DNA from: Acidobacteriota bacterium
GTDB taxonomy: Bacteria; Acidobacteriota; Vicinamibacteria; Vicinamibacterales; 2-12-FULL-66-21
DNA length: 64,000 bases
Assembly: GCA_046735335.1 (NCBI GenBank)
Contig: JBKPTE010000004.1
Span: 6,406 to 70,405, forward strand
Reading direction: 5' to 3'
Shown here: in pieces, positions 1 through 9,349 of the stretch
Position numbering within the stretch: position 1 is the stretch's first letter
Layout of the letters: each line of letters opens with the position of its first letter
The notes under the pieces: model-generated
What the model saw: only the letters and a program-made list of their open reading frames with translations
The model's database searches: none
Told to the model about the DNA's origin: nothing
Translations under genes and position numbers: made by a program

Positions 1-545
1 TCCGAGCGCTCGACGTGGACGAGATAGCTCGGCGATCCGTCGGTGCCCTCAGAGCACTTTCTCTGGACGGCGGGGATCGCGGGCGTCGCCCGCGCGCCGC
101 CTCGCAGACGTTGGCGGTCGAACCGAAGTGGGCGCTGCCTTGAGAGGATCCACAAGTACGAATAAAGGAGCAACCGACGTACCGCGGCAAACGTGGACCA
201 TCTCCGCACGTCACGCGCAGTGCCCGCGCCGTACCTCTCGGTTTGCTGCCGTTTGCCGGCGGCTCGCTGCCGGAGATCCGGCAGTCCGGCTCACGCTCGC
301 AAAACGAGGCCGCGAGCTCATCCGTGAAAGTGCGCGCGACCCGGGGAAAACTCGCAATTCCTGCGGCTGTCTGCGTCCCCCACACAGCAGATCGCGATCA
401 GGCCGGGCACCTCTCTTGCGTGATCATCCAACGGTTTCCGCCTGCATATCGTGGTGCCAGTCCGCGCTCGACATAACGTCAAGAACAAGGGCGATGCGGC
501 GCTGCGTTGCCGGGACCGCGGGAGGCTGAGCACGTCAGGCGAGTG

Positions 546-1985
546 ATGAGCACGTCGCTACTAGAACCACGGCACGCCACGCGAAGCACGGGAGCGGCAG
601 TGCCCCGGCTCGCTGTTGTGGCGAAGTCACTCGGCGGCATTTTCTCCTGGTCGGCGCTGGCGTTGGGCACCGCCCGGTTCTATCGGGTCTCGAGCTCGAC
701 GCTCGGCCCGGGCGCGTTCATGCTGTCGATGCCCAAGATCGTCGGGGGCGCGTTGGCGCCGTTCTCGGCGCTGGCCGGAGCAGTGGGAGCCGCCTTCGGC
801 CTGTCGGCGCTCTGGCTGGAGCGCGGTAAGGTCCGTGGGACGACAACGACTCAACTGGGTGTGCTGGCAGGCTTGACCGCCGCCACCATGAACGCCGTCC
901 ACACGCGACAGCTCGCCGCGGCGAGCGGCAACTTCGCCGCAGCGTTCGGCGCCGACTGGCAGGACCAAATTCCGTCCCGGCTGAAGGACCGGATGCTGAC
1001 CCGCCGCTGGACGTGGCACCTCTCGGTTGCGCCGGGAACGCATGTCGCGCGCGACATCGTCTTCGCCACCGTGCCGGGAACCGATCGGAAGCTGCTGGCC
1101 GATGTCTGGTCCCCGCCCGACGGCATCGCGCCGTCCGGTCTGGGGTTCATCTATCTCCACGGCGGCGGCTACTCGGCGTTCGACAAAGGCGGGCCGACAG
1201 AAACCTGGTTCCGGCATCTGGCGACACAGGGGCACGTCGTGATGGACGTCTCCTACCGCCTAATCCCGGAGACTACCGTGCCGGGCATGCAAGGTGACGT
1301 CAAGCGGGCACTCGCGTGGCTCAAACGCAACGCCGACCGCTACGGTGTGAATCCGGACAAGATCGTCCTTGGAGGCGGCTCGGCTGGTTCGCACCTTGCG
1401 TTGCTCGCTGCTTATGCGCCCTATCATCCTCTCTTCACTCCCGAGGACGTGCGCGGCTCGGATCTCTCGGTGCGCGGGGTGATCGGCTACTACAATGCCG
1501 GCGACTATCGACTGGAAAGCAAGATCGCCGTCAAGTCGACTGCGTGGGAAGGGACGGTCGCCGGGCTGCTCACCAGCCTTCTCGGAACATGGTCCGGGTC
1601 GGAGATCGCCGTGGACGACACGGGCGCGTGGGACTCCAACGTGTTCCTCGGCGGCCGGCCGGACGAGTGGCCGGAGCTCTATCGGCAGATCTCACCGATC
1701 GTCCACGTCGGCCCCGATGCGCCGCCGACGCTGCAGTTCGTGGGCGAGGACGACGTTTATGTCTCGCGAATCGGATCTGTGCAGGCGCTGCACTGCAGGC
1801 TCCAGGAGGCGGGCGTTCCGTCCGTGTGTGTGGAGTTCCCGCGGACCGACCATGCCTTCGACCTTTTCCTGCCGAAAGTTTCGCCCGCCGCACAAGCCTC
1901 GATGTACGACGCCGACCGTTTCCTGGCGCTCATGGCGTCACCCGTCGACTGGAAGGCCGCGAGGCCCGTTGTCAGGGCGAAGTGA
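546..1985 (+). CDS. membrane-anchored alpha/beta hydrolase (esterase/lipase, fold-3/HSL-like)
   Basis: ORF 507..1985. The translation shows the oxyanion-hole motif HGGGY and the nucleophile elbow GGSAGSH (GxSxG), with hydrophobic N-terminal helices. The start is ambiguous (507 or ATG 546). Confidence 0.8.
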   Translation: MSTSLLEPRHATRSTGAAVPRLAVVAKSLGGIFSWSALALGTARFYRVSSSTLGPGAFMLSMPKIVGGALAPFSALAGAVGAAFGLSALWLERGKVRGTTTTQLGVLAGLTAATMNAVHTRQLAAASGNFAAAFGADWQDQIPSRLKDRMLTRRWTWHLSVAPGTHVARDIVFATVPGTDRKLLADVWSPPDGIAPSGLGFIYLHGGGYSAFDKGGPTETWFRHLATQGHVVMDVSYRLIPETTVPGMQGDVKRALAWLKRNADRYGVNPDKIVLGGGSAGSHLALLAAYAPYHPLFTPEDVRGSDLSVRGVIGYYNAGDYRLESKIAVKSTAWEGTVAGLLTSLLGTWSGSEIAVDDTGAWDSNVFLGGRPDEWPELYRQISPIVHVGPDAPPTLQFVGEDDVYVSRIGSVQALHCRLQEAGVPSVCVEFPRTDHAFDLFLPKVSPAAQASMYDADRFLALMASPVDWKAARPVVRAK

Positions 1986-2031
1986 ACATCGGCGGCAGTA
2001 TCGATAGCGACCTCAAGAAAGGAGTTGGAAG

Positions 2032-2577
2032 ATGCCGAACTCGTTGACGGCGGATGTCCACAGAGCGGCGATGTGGTCGATCGTGCTGAGCGTGCTGATG
2101 ATCGCGGCCGGCGTCTTGGCGATTGCCGCACCGGTGATGGCTGGAGTCGCCGTTACGGTCGTTGTCGGATGGCTGCTGATCTTCAGCGGCGTTCTTCATC
2201 TCGGCTTCGCGTGGCGGGCAGGCCGGGCAGGCGCTGTGATATGGGAGATTCTGCTCGGGGTTGTGTATGGAGGCATCGGGTTCTACCTGCTGGCGAGGCC
2301 GGTGGCCGGCCTGACGTCGCTAACGCTGGCAATCGCGATGTACCTGCTCATCGAAGGCGTGCTGGAATTGGTCCTGTCGTTTCAACTCCGCCCGGCGCCC
2401 GGGAGCGGCTGGTTGCTCGTCGACGGCATCATCACCCTTGTGCTCGCCGTGATGATCTGGAGCACCTGGCCGTCGAGCGCCGTGTGGGTGGTTGGCACGC
2501 TGGTCGGAATCAGCATGTTCTTCAGTGGCATGACGCGGTTGATGCTCTCGTTGACTGTGCGGCGGATTACGGCGTGA
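2032..2577 (+). CDS. HdeD/DUF308-family small membrane protein
   Basis: 181-aa ORF made of about six hydrophobic helices with the Gly-rich repeat pattern of HdeD-like proteins. An AGGAG-type RBS (aaaggagttggaag) lies just upstream of the ATG. Confidence 0.75.
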   Translation: MPNSLTADVHRAAMWSIVLSVLMIAAGVLAIAAPVMAGVAVTVVVGWLLIFSGVLHLGFAWRAGRAGAVIWEILLGVVYGGIGFYLLARPVAGLTSLTLAIAMYLLIEGVLELVLSFQLRPAPGSGWLLVDGIITLVLAVMIWSTWPSSAVWVVGTLVGISMFFSGMTRLMLSLTVRRITA

Positions 2578-2768
2578 TGCCGTGAGTTCCGCAAGAACGC
2601 TGCCGCGGCCCGGCCGGACAACCTGACAGCGCAGCCAACTGATTCGGGTCGGCGCAATTCGCCAGGTCATTCGGGATGACGTTGGCAGTCTGATCTGGGG
2701 GAGTTCTGATGCCAACGACGACGGGACCATCTGAATGACTGTGCCGACTTCCATTCGCGTACCTCAGG

Positions 2769-2948
2769 ATGCGAACGAACGGCCGCAGGGTCGCGGGCGT
2801 GAGTCCTGCATTCGTGTCCGTGGTCGGAGGACTGGCGGTATTCGGCGCGTCTGGCGTCATCCTCGGTCCACTCGCCGTCACGATTACCCTCGCACTGTTG
2901 GAGATCTCGCGAGTGAGAACGTCCAGACGTGCTCCTGGCGCGATATGA
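2769..2948 (+). pseudogene. C-terminal remnant of an AI-2E (PerM-like) family transporter
   Basis: 59-codon frame reading ...VSPAFVSVVGGLAVFGASGVILGPLAVTITLALLEISR..., which matches the conserved last transmembrane helix of AI-2E transporters. No upstream body of the gene is present. Confidence 0.4.
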
Positions 2949-3029
2949 ACCTCCAACGCGCTCGCGAATGGCAGGTGACGGACGCTCCAGTGCTCAGAAC
3001 TCCGATGAGTGCGTGCCCGGGAAGTACAA

Positions 3030-5546
3030 ATGCCGCCAATCGCTGAGGCGTCACGTCTCCTCCCGGAGCCGCTCCGGCGTCTGGAGGTCCTCGCGCTCGA
3101 CTTGCACTGGTCGTGGAACCACGCAGGCGATGCGATCTGGAAGCGACTCGACGAAGAATTGTGGGGGCGCACTCAGAATCCGTGGCTTCTGCTCCAACAT
3201 GTGCCGTTCGAGCGCCTTGAACGTCTGGCCAAGGACGCGAACTTCCTCAGCGATCTCGAGACCCTCGAGGAGTCTCGCGCCCGGTATCGCGCGACTCCGC
3301 CGTGGCGCCCGGCAGACGCTACGAACCTGCCGCGTGTCGCGTACTTCAGCATGGAGTTCGGCCTGCACGAGGCGCTTCCGCTGTACGCGGGCGGGCTCGG
3401 GGTTCTCGCGGGGGACTACTTGAAGACGGCGAGCGACCTCGACATCCCGGTCATTGGCGTCGGCATCTTGTGGCAGCAGGGGTACTTCCGCCAGGTGCTC
3501 GATGCAGCAGGATGGCAAACGGAGCTCTATCCGTTTAACGAACCCGCCAGTCTGCCCATACAACCCGTGGTGAGCGTGGGGGGAGAACGCCTTCGGATTC
3601 CCTTGACGTTCCCGGATCGAACGATTCTCCTCCGAGCGTGGCAGGTGACGGTTGGCCGCACGATGCTGTACCTGCTCGATAGCAACGATCCATTCAATGC
3701 TCCGGCCGACCGCGGCCTGACCAGCACGCTATACGGCGGGAGTTCCGAGGTCCGCTTGCTACAGGAAATCATCCTGGGGGTCGCCGGGTGGCGGCTCCTC
3801 GAGGCGCTCGACCTGAGGATTGAAGTCTGTCATCTCAACGAGGGCCACGCGGCGTTCGTGGTGATTGAGCGAACGCGAGGCTTCATGGAACAGCATCGCG
3901 TAACCTTTCGTGAAGGACTATGGGCCACGCGCGCGGGAAATGTGTTCACGACTCATACGGCGGTGCCGGCCGGCTTCGACCGCTTTCCGGCCGACGACAT
4001 CCACAAGTTTCGGCCCTACTTTGATGAATATGTCCGAGGGCTCGGACTCTCTTGGCCGGAGCTGTTGGCGCTCGGACGCCGCGATCCCCACAACGACAAT
4101 GAACCATTCAACATGGCCTGGCTGGCCATGCGCGGATGTTCATGGGTCAACGGCGTCAGCCAACTGCACGGTGCCGTGAGCCGCCGACTGTTCGCCGAGT
4201 TGTTTCCACGCTGGCCGGAACCGGAAGTTCCGGTCAGCTACGTGACGAACGGCGTGCACGTGCCGTCGTGGGATTCGCCCTGGACCGACGAATTGTGGAC
4301 GCGCGCGGCCGGCAAGGAGCGTTGGCGCGGTGACGTGTCGGCGCTGACCGCGAACATTCTCGAACTGTCGGACGAGGACTTCTGGATCCTGCTCACTCGC
4401 GAGCGCGAAGATCTCGTACGGTATGCGCGCGAGCGGCTATTCCGGAAGCTGGCGCGGCACGGAAGCATGGACGAGGCCGAGAGAATCGCACGAGGAGTGC
4501 TCGATCCCGATGCATTGACGTTGGGCTTTGCTCGACGGTTCGCCGCGTACAAACGACCCACCCTGCTACTCAGAGACTCGGCTCGCCTGCTGCGCCTACT
4601 CAATAGCCAACAGCGTCCCGTTCAGCTGGTCATTGCGGGCAAAGCGCATCCACGCGACGAAGAAGGCAAGCACCTGATCCAGCAATGGGCGCAGTTCGCC
4701 GCCCAGGCGGAGGCACGGGCTCGCGTCGTATTTCTCGACGACTATGACATGCGCCTGGCCACCGAGCTTGTCCAGGGCGTCGACGTCTGGATCAACACAC
4801 CGCGGCGACCGTGGGAGGCTAGCGGCACGAGCGGCATGAAGGTTCTCGTAAACGGCGGCCTCAACCTGTCGACCCTCGACGGCTGGTGGTCAGAAGCCTT
4901 CGCGGCAGACTACGGTTGGGCGCTCGGCGACAGGATCGAGAAGCCTGACGACGACGAGCAGGAGGCCGCGCAACTCTACTCACTGCTCGAAGAGGAGATC
5001 GTCCCCGCATTCTACGAGCGCGACGCCGAAGGCCTTCCGCGGCGATGGATCGCACGAATGCGCGCGAGCATGTCCGCGCTCGCGCCCCGGTTCAGTAGCG
5101 TGCGAATGCTGCAGGAATACGTCGAGACGGCGTACATGCCGAGCGCAACATCGTACAAACGGCGCACAGCCGAAGCGGCCGTCGTCGCTCAGACGATCGA
5201 GCGGTGGGCGCGACATCTCGAGCAGCACTGGACCGACATCCGTTTTGGAGAGATCACAGAGACCGAAGACAGCGGGCGCTTCATTCTGTCGGTGCCAGTG
5301 CTTCTCGGGAAGATCACGCCCGAAGACGTTCAAGTGGAACTGTATGCGGATCCGGAGAATGCGAACACTGCCTTCGTTCAGCAGATGCACCCCATCGCAT
5401 CGATCGCGGGTCACGTCAACGCGTTCATCTATAGCACGACGGTCGAGACCGTCCGGCCGGCTTGGAACTTCACGCCGAGGGTCGTCCCTTTTCATCCCGA
5501 TGCCCGGATCCCTATCGAATTGCCGCTCATCGCGTGGCAGCGCTGA
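3030..5546 (+). CDS. glgP: alpha-glucan phosphorylase (GT35, alpha-glucan family)
   Basis: ORF 3009..5546. The N-terminal block YFSMEFGLHEALPLYAGGLGVLAGDYLKTASDLDIPVIGVGILWQQGYF and the length (~840 aa) are typical of the family. The start is ATG 3030 or GTG 3009. Confidence 0.9.
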   Translation: MPPIAEASRLLPEPLRRLEVLALDLHWSWNHAGDAIWKRLDEELWGRTQNPWLLLQHVPFERLERLAKDANFLSDLETLEESRARYRATPPWRPADATNLPRVAYFSMEFGLHEALPLYAGGLGVLAGDYLKTASDLDIPVIGVGILWQQGYFRQVLDAAGWQTELYPFNEPASLPIQPVVSVGGERLRIPLTFPDRTILLRAWQVTVGRTMLYLLDSNDPFNAPADRGLTSTLYGGSSEVRLLQEIILGVAGWRLLEALDLRIEVCHLNEGHAAFVVIERTRGFMEQHRVTFREGLWATRAGNVFTTHTAVPAGFDRFPADDIHKFRPYFDEYVRGLGLSWPELLALGRRDPHNDNEPFNMAWLAMRGCSWVNGVSQLHGAVSRRLFAELFPRWPEPEVPVSYVTNGVHVPSWDSPWTDELWTRAAGKERWRGDVSALTANILELSDEDFWILLTREREDLVRYARERLFRKLARHGSMDEAERIARGVLDPDALTLGFARRFAAYKRPTLLLRDSARLLRLLNSQQRPVQLVIAGKAHPRDEEGKHLIQQWAQFAAQAEARARVVFLDDYDMRLATELVQGVDVWINTPRRPWEASGTSGMKVLVNGGLNLSTLDGWWSEAFAADYGWALGDRIEKPDDDEQEAAQLYSLLEEEIVPAFYERDAEGLPRRWIARMRASMSALAPRFSSVRMLQEYVETAYMPSATSYKRRTAEAAVVAQTIERWARHLEQHWTDIRFGEITETEDSGRFILSVPVLLGKITPEDVQVELYADPENANTAFVQQMHPIASIAGHVNAFIYSTTVETVRPAWNFTPRVVPFHPDARIPIELPLIAWQR

Positions 5547-5675
5547 CCGGTCACCAGCTCAGCGCATGCCGCGTCGCCGGGTCTCGGCGATCGCGTCGAG
5601 GACGGACGGATCGAAACGATCGTCGCGCGCGATGGTGCCGTCGTAGTCCAAGCCAGGACGGTGAGTGTCACCGTG

Positions 5676-6233
5676 TCACCGACCTTCGGCGAACTTCAGT
5701 TTCAGCCACTCGCCGACGAGGATGGCGGCCGGGTAGAGCACCTGTTCCTCCGTCTGAGCATGTGCGGTGAGGTCCTCGACGAAGCGGCGGACATCGGGGT
5801 GGTGTTCCGCAGCGGCGGCGCGTCCGAGTTCGTCGAGCGCCCGCACGATCGCCTTGTGCTCTTCCAACATGCGCGGCATCTCGGCCTTGAGTCGGTCGGT
5901 GAGCGCGACGACCGCCCGCATATCCGGCGTCACGCGGCCTTCGGCGATCGGTCCAAGCAGCGCCAGAGGCGGCATGGCGAATTCCTCCTCGCTCACGAAA
6001 TGTTCGTGCAGGGCCGCCGCCACACGTTTTGCCGCCTCCCCGGTCTTGCCGGCGAGTTTCGTGGCTGCGGACAGCTCCGCGTGCAGCTCTTCGTGTTCGG
6101 CCTTCAGCGCCGCCGGTATCTGCAGCATGGCTACGTGCTCCTTCGGGTCGGCGTCGTGTTGTGCCGCCGCAGACGCCGGCACGCCGACAATCGCCAGCAT
6201 CAAAGCGAGTGACCAGAATTTCCGATGTGTCAC
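5676..6233 (-). CDS. secreted hemerythrin-like (HHE cation-binding) helical protein
   Basis: 185-aa ORF with a signal peptide (LALMLAIVGVPASAAAQ) and repeated H..E / HxxxE helix motifs (AEHEELHAEL, ALHEHFVSEEE, LEEHKAIV, AHAQTEEQ). Confidence 0.55.
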   Translation of the reverse strand: MTHRKFWSLALMLAIVGVPASAAAQHDADPKEHVAMLQIPAALKAEHEELHAELSAATKLAGKTGEAAKRVAAALHEHFVSEEEFAMPPLALLGPIAEGRVTPDMRAVVALTDRLKAEMPRMLEEHKAIVRALDELGRAAAAEHHPDVRRFVEDLTAHAQTEEQVLYPAAILVGEWLKLKFAEGR

Positions 6234-6277
6234 GAATGGCCTCCTGTCAGTGACGCCGGCGTCGATGGGCGTCCCAA

Positions 6278-6718
6278 CTAGCCTGCGTTCTTGATCGTGA
6301 GAACGTCGACGACCTTCGCGGCCATCTCCTGGTCGACATTCAGAAGCACGCGCAATTCGTCGGCGAATCGCTGCTCGTTCGTCGTCAACCGCCCGTCCGA
6401 CAGCATCAGATCGACGGCAACCGCGAATGCTGTGGCTCGGAGCTCCGTCGGAACGGCGGTGGCGGCTGCGCTGACGACACCTTGGATGCCCTGCTGCTTG
6501 ATGCGCTCGGCGACGGTGGTGAAGATGCCGTGCCGCGCCTCGTAACTGGAGCCGCGGAAGAGCTTCATGGCGCCGACGACATGCTCGATCTGGTTTGCCT
6601 CATGTGGCGATACCGACCCGTCGGATCGGGCGCTGGCGAGGAGGAGGCACACGAACGCTTCAGGGGGCGAAAAAGCAATGGCGCCGGCCAGCTCGGCTGG
6701 TGCGGTCTGGTTGGTCAT
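6278..6718 (-). CDS. TerB-like (tellurite-resistance TerB fold) protein
   Basis: ORF 6278..6787. Start chosen at ATG 6718 behind GGAGG. The C-terminal pattern AFAVAVDLMLSDGRLTTNEQRFADEL is typical of TerB-type domains. Confidence 0.6.
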   Translation of the reverse strand: MTNQTAPAELAGAIAFSPPEAFVCLLLASARSDGSVSPHEANQIEHVVGAMKLFRGSSYEARHGIFTTVAERIKQQGIQGVVSAAATAVPTELRATAFAVAVDLMLSDGRLTTNEQRFADELRVLLNVDQEMAAKVVDVLTIKNAG

Positions 6719-7324
6719 GGCAACCTCCACTAGGAATGCGTTCAGCGACAGCGGTGACGCAGTGATCGTCGAAAATGCACGCGCCACGCCAGCGCCGCCT
6801 TAGCGAGTAACGCCGGAATGCGCGACCCTGTGTCCGCCGGCTGGGGCTCCGCCAGATTCACGACGAAAGACCATCTTTCAAACTGAAAGGCCTCGTGGCC
6901 TGGACGGCGCATCAATGCTGAACGGATCCAGCGGGCACCGGTCCTTCCCGGTGAAGGACTGCTGGGAACCCGTCAGGAGGCGGTGACTCGGCGGCGAAGT
7001 CCCGTGATTCCTGTCCCGGGAGTTCGGGTGCGGGAATTTTTCCCACACCGAACGGTGGGATACTGCGCGGAATCGGCGCAACCTATCGAGTGAGCTTCGA
7101 GCGTGTCCAGCGGAGCCGTTCGGGCCGCATCTTCGTAGACCCGACGGCGCAGCCGTGCCGCCACTTACGGCGTCTGGTTCGCTCGTTGCTTGACGACATT
7201 TCGAGCGCAGTCCCGCGTTTTGGGTTGCGAGCGACACGGCTTCGACGCTCACCCCGCACAGGTCCGCAGCGTTCCGCAGGCGCATCGCCAGCGGCGGTGT
7301 TGGACGGAAAGAGAGCGGAACATC

Positions 7325-8185
7325 ATGTCATTGCGAACGTATCAATGGCCCCGACTGGTCATCCTCAAACCCAGTGCCACCGTCTTCGAAGCGGCCCGGG
7401 CGCTCGACAACAACCAGGTCGGCGCCGTCGTGGTACAGCATCAAGGTCGAGCGATCGGGATCGTCACGGATCGCGATCTGACGGTGCGGGTCATCGGCCA
7501 GGGGCTCGATCCGCAGACCACGACGCTCGCCACGGTGATGTCCAACGAGGTAGTCACGTTACCGCTCGATGCGAGCCGGACCGAGGCGCTGCGCCTCATG
7601 CAGGATCGGCGCATCCGGCGGATTCCGCTCGTCGAAGACGGCGCGGTCGTCGGCGTCGTGACGCTGGACGACCTGCTGGCCGACGAAGCGGCGCCGCTGA
7701 CGGACTTCGCCGACGTCGTGCGAGCACAGATTGGCGAAGGCGGACCGATGGCGCCCACGAGACTCGAGATGCAAGCGGCGAAGCGGCGGGCCTCGCGGCT
7801 CGACGCCAGCTACCGGCGGTTGATGAACGAGTTCCGCACCGAGTCGGCGTTGTCATCGATTGAACAGGCCGACAGCGGGTTCCTCGTCATCCTCTCCGCC
7901 TTGGTGCGCCGCCTCACGGCAGACGAGGCGAAGGATTTGATCGCGCAGCTGCCGTTGCGAATCGGGGAACGGCTGCAATCGTTGCCTGCCGGTCCTGACA
8001 AGACGATCACCGAAGCGGCCATCGTGGCCGAGTTGGCCCGTCGTCTCGGCGTCACGCCTCCACGTGCGCGAGAGGTGCTCGACGCTGCGGTGCGGACGTT
8101 GGACGCGAACGTGAGCGCTGGGCAGATGCAGGACATCCGCCATCAGCTGCCGAAGGAGCTGAGAGCCGTATTCGCGCACGCGTAG
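7325..8185 (+). CDS. CBS-pair domain protein fused to a DUF2267-like C-terminal domain
   Basis: ORF 7190..8185, with the ATG at 7325. It has two CBS motifs (GIVTDRDL..., GVVTLDDLL) and then a helical domain ending in QLPKELRAVF, typical of DUF2267. Confidence 0.8.
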   Translation: MSLRTYQWPRLVILKPSATVFEAARALDNNQVGAVVVQHQGRAIGIVTDRDLTVRVIGQGLDPQTTTLATVMSNEVVTLPLDASRTEALRLMQDRRIRRIPLVEDGAVVGVVTLDDLLADEAAPLTDFADVVRAQIGEGGPMAPTRLEMQAAKRRASRLDASYRRLMNEFRTESALSSIEQADSGFLVILSALVRRLTADEAKDLIAQLPLRIGERLQSLPAGPDKTITEAAIVAELARRLGVTPPRAREVLDAAVRTLDANVSAGQMQDIRHQLPKELRAVFAHA

Positions 8186-8247
8186 GTCGCGAACACGCTG
8201 CATCTACTGACGCGTGCGATCGGGAAGCGTAGACCATCCCAAGGACG

Positions 8248-8664
8248 ATGACGATGGCAAGCAATGCGAAGCGCGTTCGTGCGAAACCTGGGAAGAAATT
8301 GGAGGTGGACGAGGCTCTGATTGCCCTGTTCATCGGGGCGATGAATGCGAACGGCCATGTCGCGCGCGAGGAACTTGCTCGCGCGCATCATCTGATCTGG
8401 TCCACGCGCCGGTTTCGCCGCGAGTCAGGCGAGACGGTGGGCCGTCTGATCGATCGCATGAAACGAGTGCTCGAAGGGCAGGACGCGCCGACAGTGATCG
8501 ACAGGGCCGCGAAGGCGGTGCCGGCGAGGTTGCGGCAGTCGGCCTTCGCCGTCGTCGCCGATCTGCTGAGGCCGCCGGTGCCCGTAAGTGATCGCGGCAC
8601 ATTAGGAGGTCTGACACAATTTCTGACACAATTCGGGTTTCCGGGCTCATCCACTCGCCCGTAA
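8248..8664 (+). CDS. TerB-like protein, apparently 3'-truncated and read through into foreign, AT-richer DNA
   Basis: It is similar to the 6278..6718 paralog up to ...SAFAVVADLL (about nt 8577). The tail RPPVPVSDRGTLGGLTQFLTQFGFPGSSTRP has no counterpart in the paralog. Confidence 0.5.
   Translation: MTMASNAKRVRAKPGKKLEVDEALIALFIGAMNANGHVAREELARAHHLIWSTRRFRRESGETVGRLIDRMKRVLEGQDAPTVIDRAAKAVPARLRQSAFAVVADLLRPPVPVSDRGTLGGLTQFLTQFGFPGSSTRP
8611..8634. repeat. tandem 12-bp duplication (ctgacacaattt / ctgacacaattc)
   Basis: Read directly from the sequence. It encodes LTQF-LTQF in the aberrant tail of the TerB-like ORF. Confidence 0.9.
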
Positions 8665-8684
8665 ACAATTGATTCGAAAGACAC

Positions 8685-8728
8685 GGAGAGATGTCCGAGT
8701 GGTTGAAGGAGCACGCTTGGAAAGCGCA
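8685..8728 (+). pseudogene. 5' half of a tRNA-Ser(GGA) gene (acceptor 5' strand, D-arm, anticodon stem-loop only)
   Basis: GGAGAGA-TG-TCC-GAGTGGTTGAA-GGA-G-CACGC-TTGGAAA-GCG matches the bacterial tRNA-Ser layout up to 3 nt past the anticodon loop. After that there is no variable arm, no T-arm (GGTTCGAATCC-like) and no TCTCTCC acceptor 3' strand. Confidence 0.6.
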
Positions 8729-8805
8729 GCTCTCGGAAGTCAGGCTGCTGCCCAGGCGAACTCCAAATCCAGATGGTTGTACGCCCCCGCAACCAAAATT
8801 TCGCG

Positions 8806-8838
8806 AAGGGCCACGGCTTTTGGTCGTGGCCCTTTTGC
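8806..8838 (+). terminator. rho-independent terminator hairpin
   Basis: GGGCCACG-gcttttggt-CGTGGCCC (8-bp GC stem) is followed by TTTTG. Confidence 0.6.
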
Positions 8839-8867
8839 CTTGTACGGCCGGCACGAGAAGGTGCGAC

Positions 8868-9317
8868 TTGGAAGACGAATCGCTCGTCGAGGCGTTCGAA
8901 CGGGCCGAGATCTCGGAGTATCAGTTCTCCCACGTCGAGCACGTGCGCGTCGCCTGGTGGTATCTGTCGCATCATCCCTTCGTCGAGGCCCGTGACCGCT
9001 TCAGCGAGGCGCTGCGGCGGTTCGCGGCGTCGAAGGGGAAGGCGGAGCGGTATCACGAGACAATCACGGTGGCGTACCTGCTGGTCATCGCGCACCGGAT
9101 CCAGCAGACACCCGCGTTGATCTGGTCCGTATTTGCGGACGCCCATGCGGACCTTCTCTCGCACACGCCGCCGATCCTCGCGCGCTACTATTCGGACGAA
9201 ACGCTGATATCGGAGCGGGCCACGAGGGAGTTCGTGCTGCCGGACCGCGCGGCGCTGCCGGTGTCCTCGGATGGTGGACCACCGGGGGCCTGCGGCACGG
9301 CTGTTGTGCCATGCTGA
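8868..9317 (+). CDS. hypothetical protein (about 149 aa)
   Basis: This is the in-frame part of ORF 8691..9317. The first plausible start is TTG 8868, behind GAGAAGG. The sequence is non-biased and protein-like (EISEYQFSHVEHVRVAWWYLSHHPF...YHETITVAYLLVIAH...), but I do not recognise a family. Confidence 0.5.
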   Translation: MEDESLVEAFERAEISEYQFSHVEHVRVAWWYLSHHPFVEARDRFSEALRRFAASKGKAERYHETITVAYLLVIAHRIQQTPALIWSVFADAHADLLSHTPPILARYYSDETLISERATREFVLPDRAALPVSSDGGPPGACGTAVVPC

Positions 9318-9349
9318 CTCGGTCTGGACCGAGTTGACGTGGGGCGTGC

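Noticed and set aside
1-529. Open frame running from the left edge to 529 (and ORFs 128..529, 243..476), possibly a 5'-partial gene
   Set aside because: The translation is Arg/Ser/Ala-rich with no recognisable motif. A different frame (3..140) looks slightly more protein-like but is too short to support, so the region is left unannotated.
6788-7324. Riboswitch or structured ncRNA in the long gap before the CBS gene (checked by eye for cobalamin, SRP, RNase P and 6S-like motifs)
   Set aside because: No convincing conserved core motif was found, only generic GC-rich hairpins. A covariance-model scan is needed before any call.
8685-8805. A complete but unusual tRNA-Ser (long variable arm or intron)
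   Set aside because: After GCG at 8724-8726 the anticodon stem cannot close (CA instead of TG). There is no GGTTCGAATCC-like T-loop, and no TCTCTCC acceptor strand occurs before the terminator. I therefore call it a 5' fragment only.
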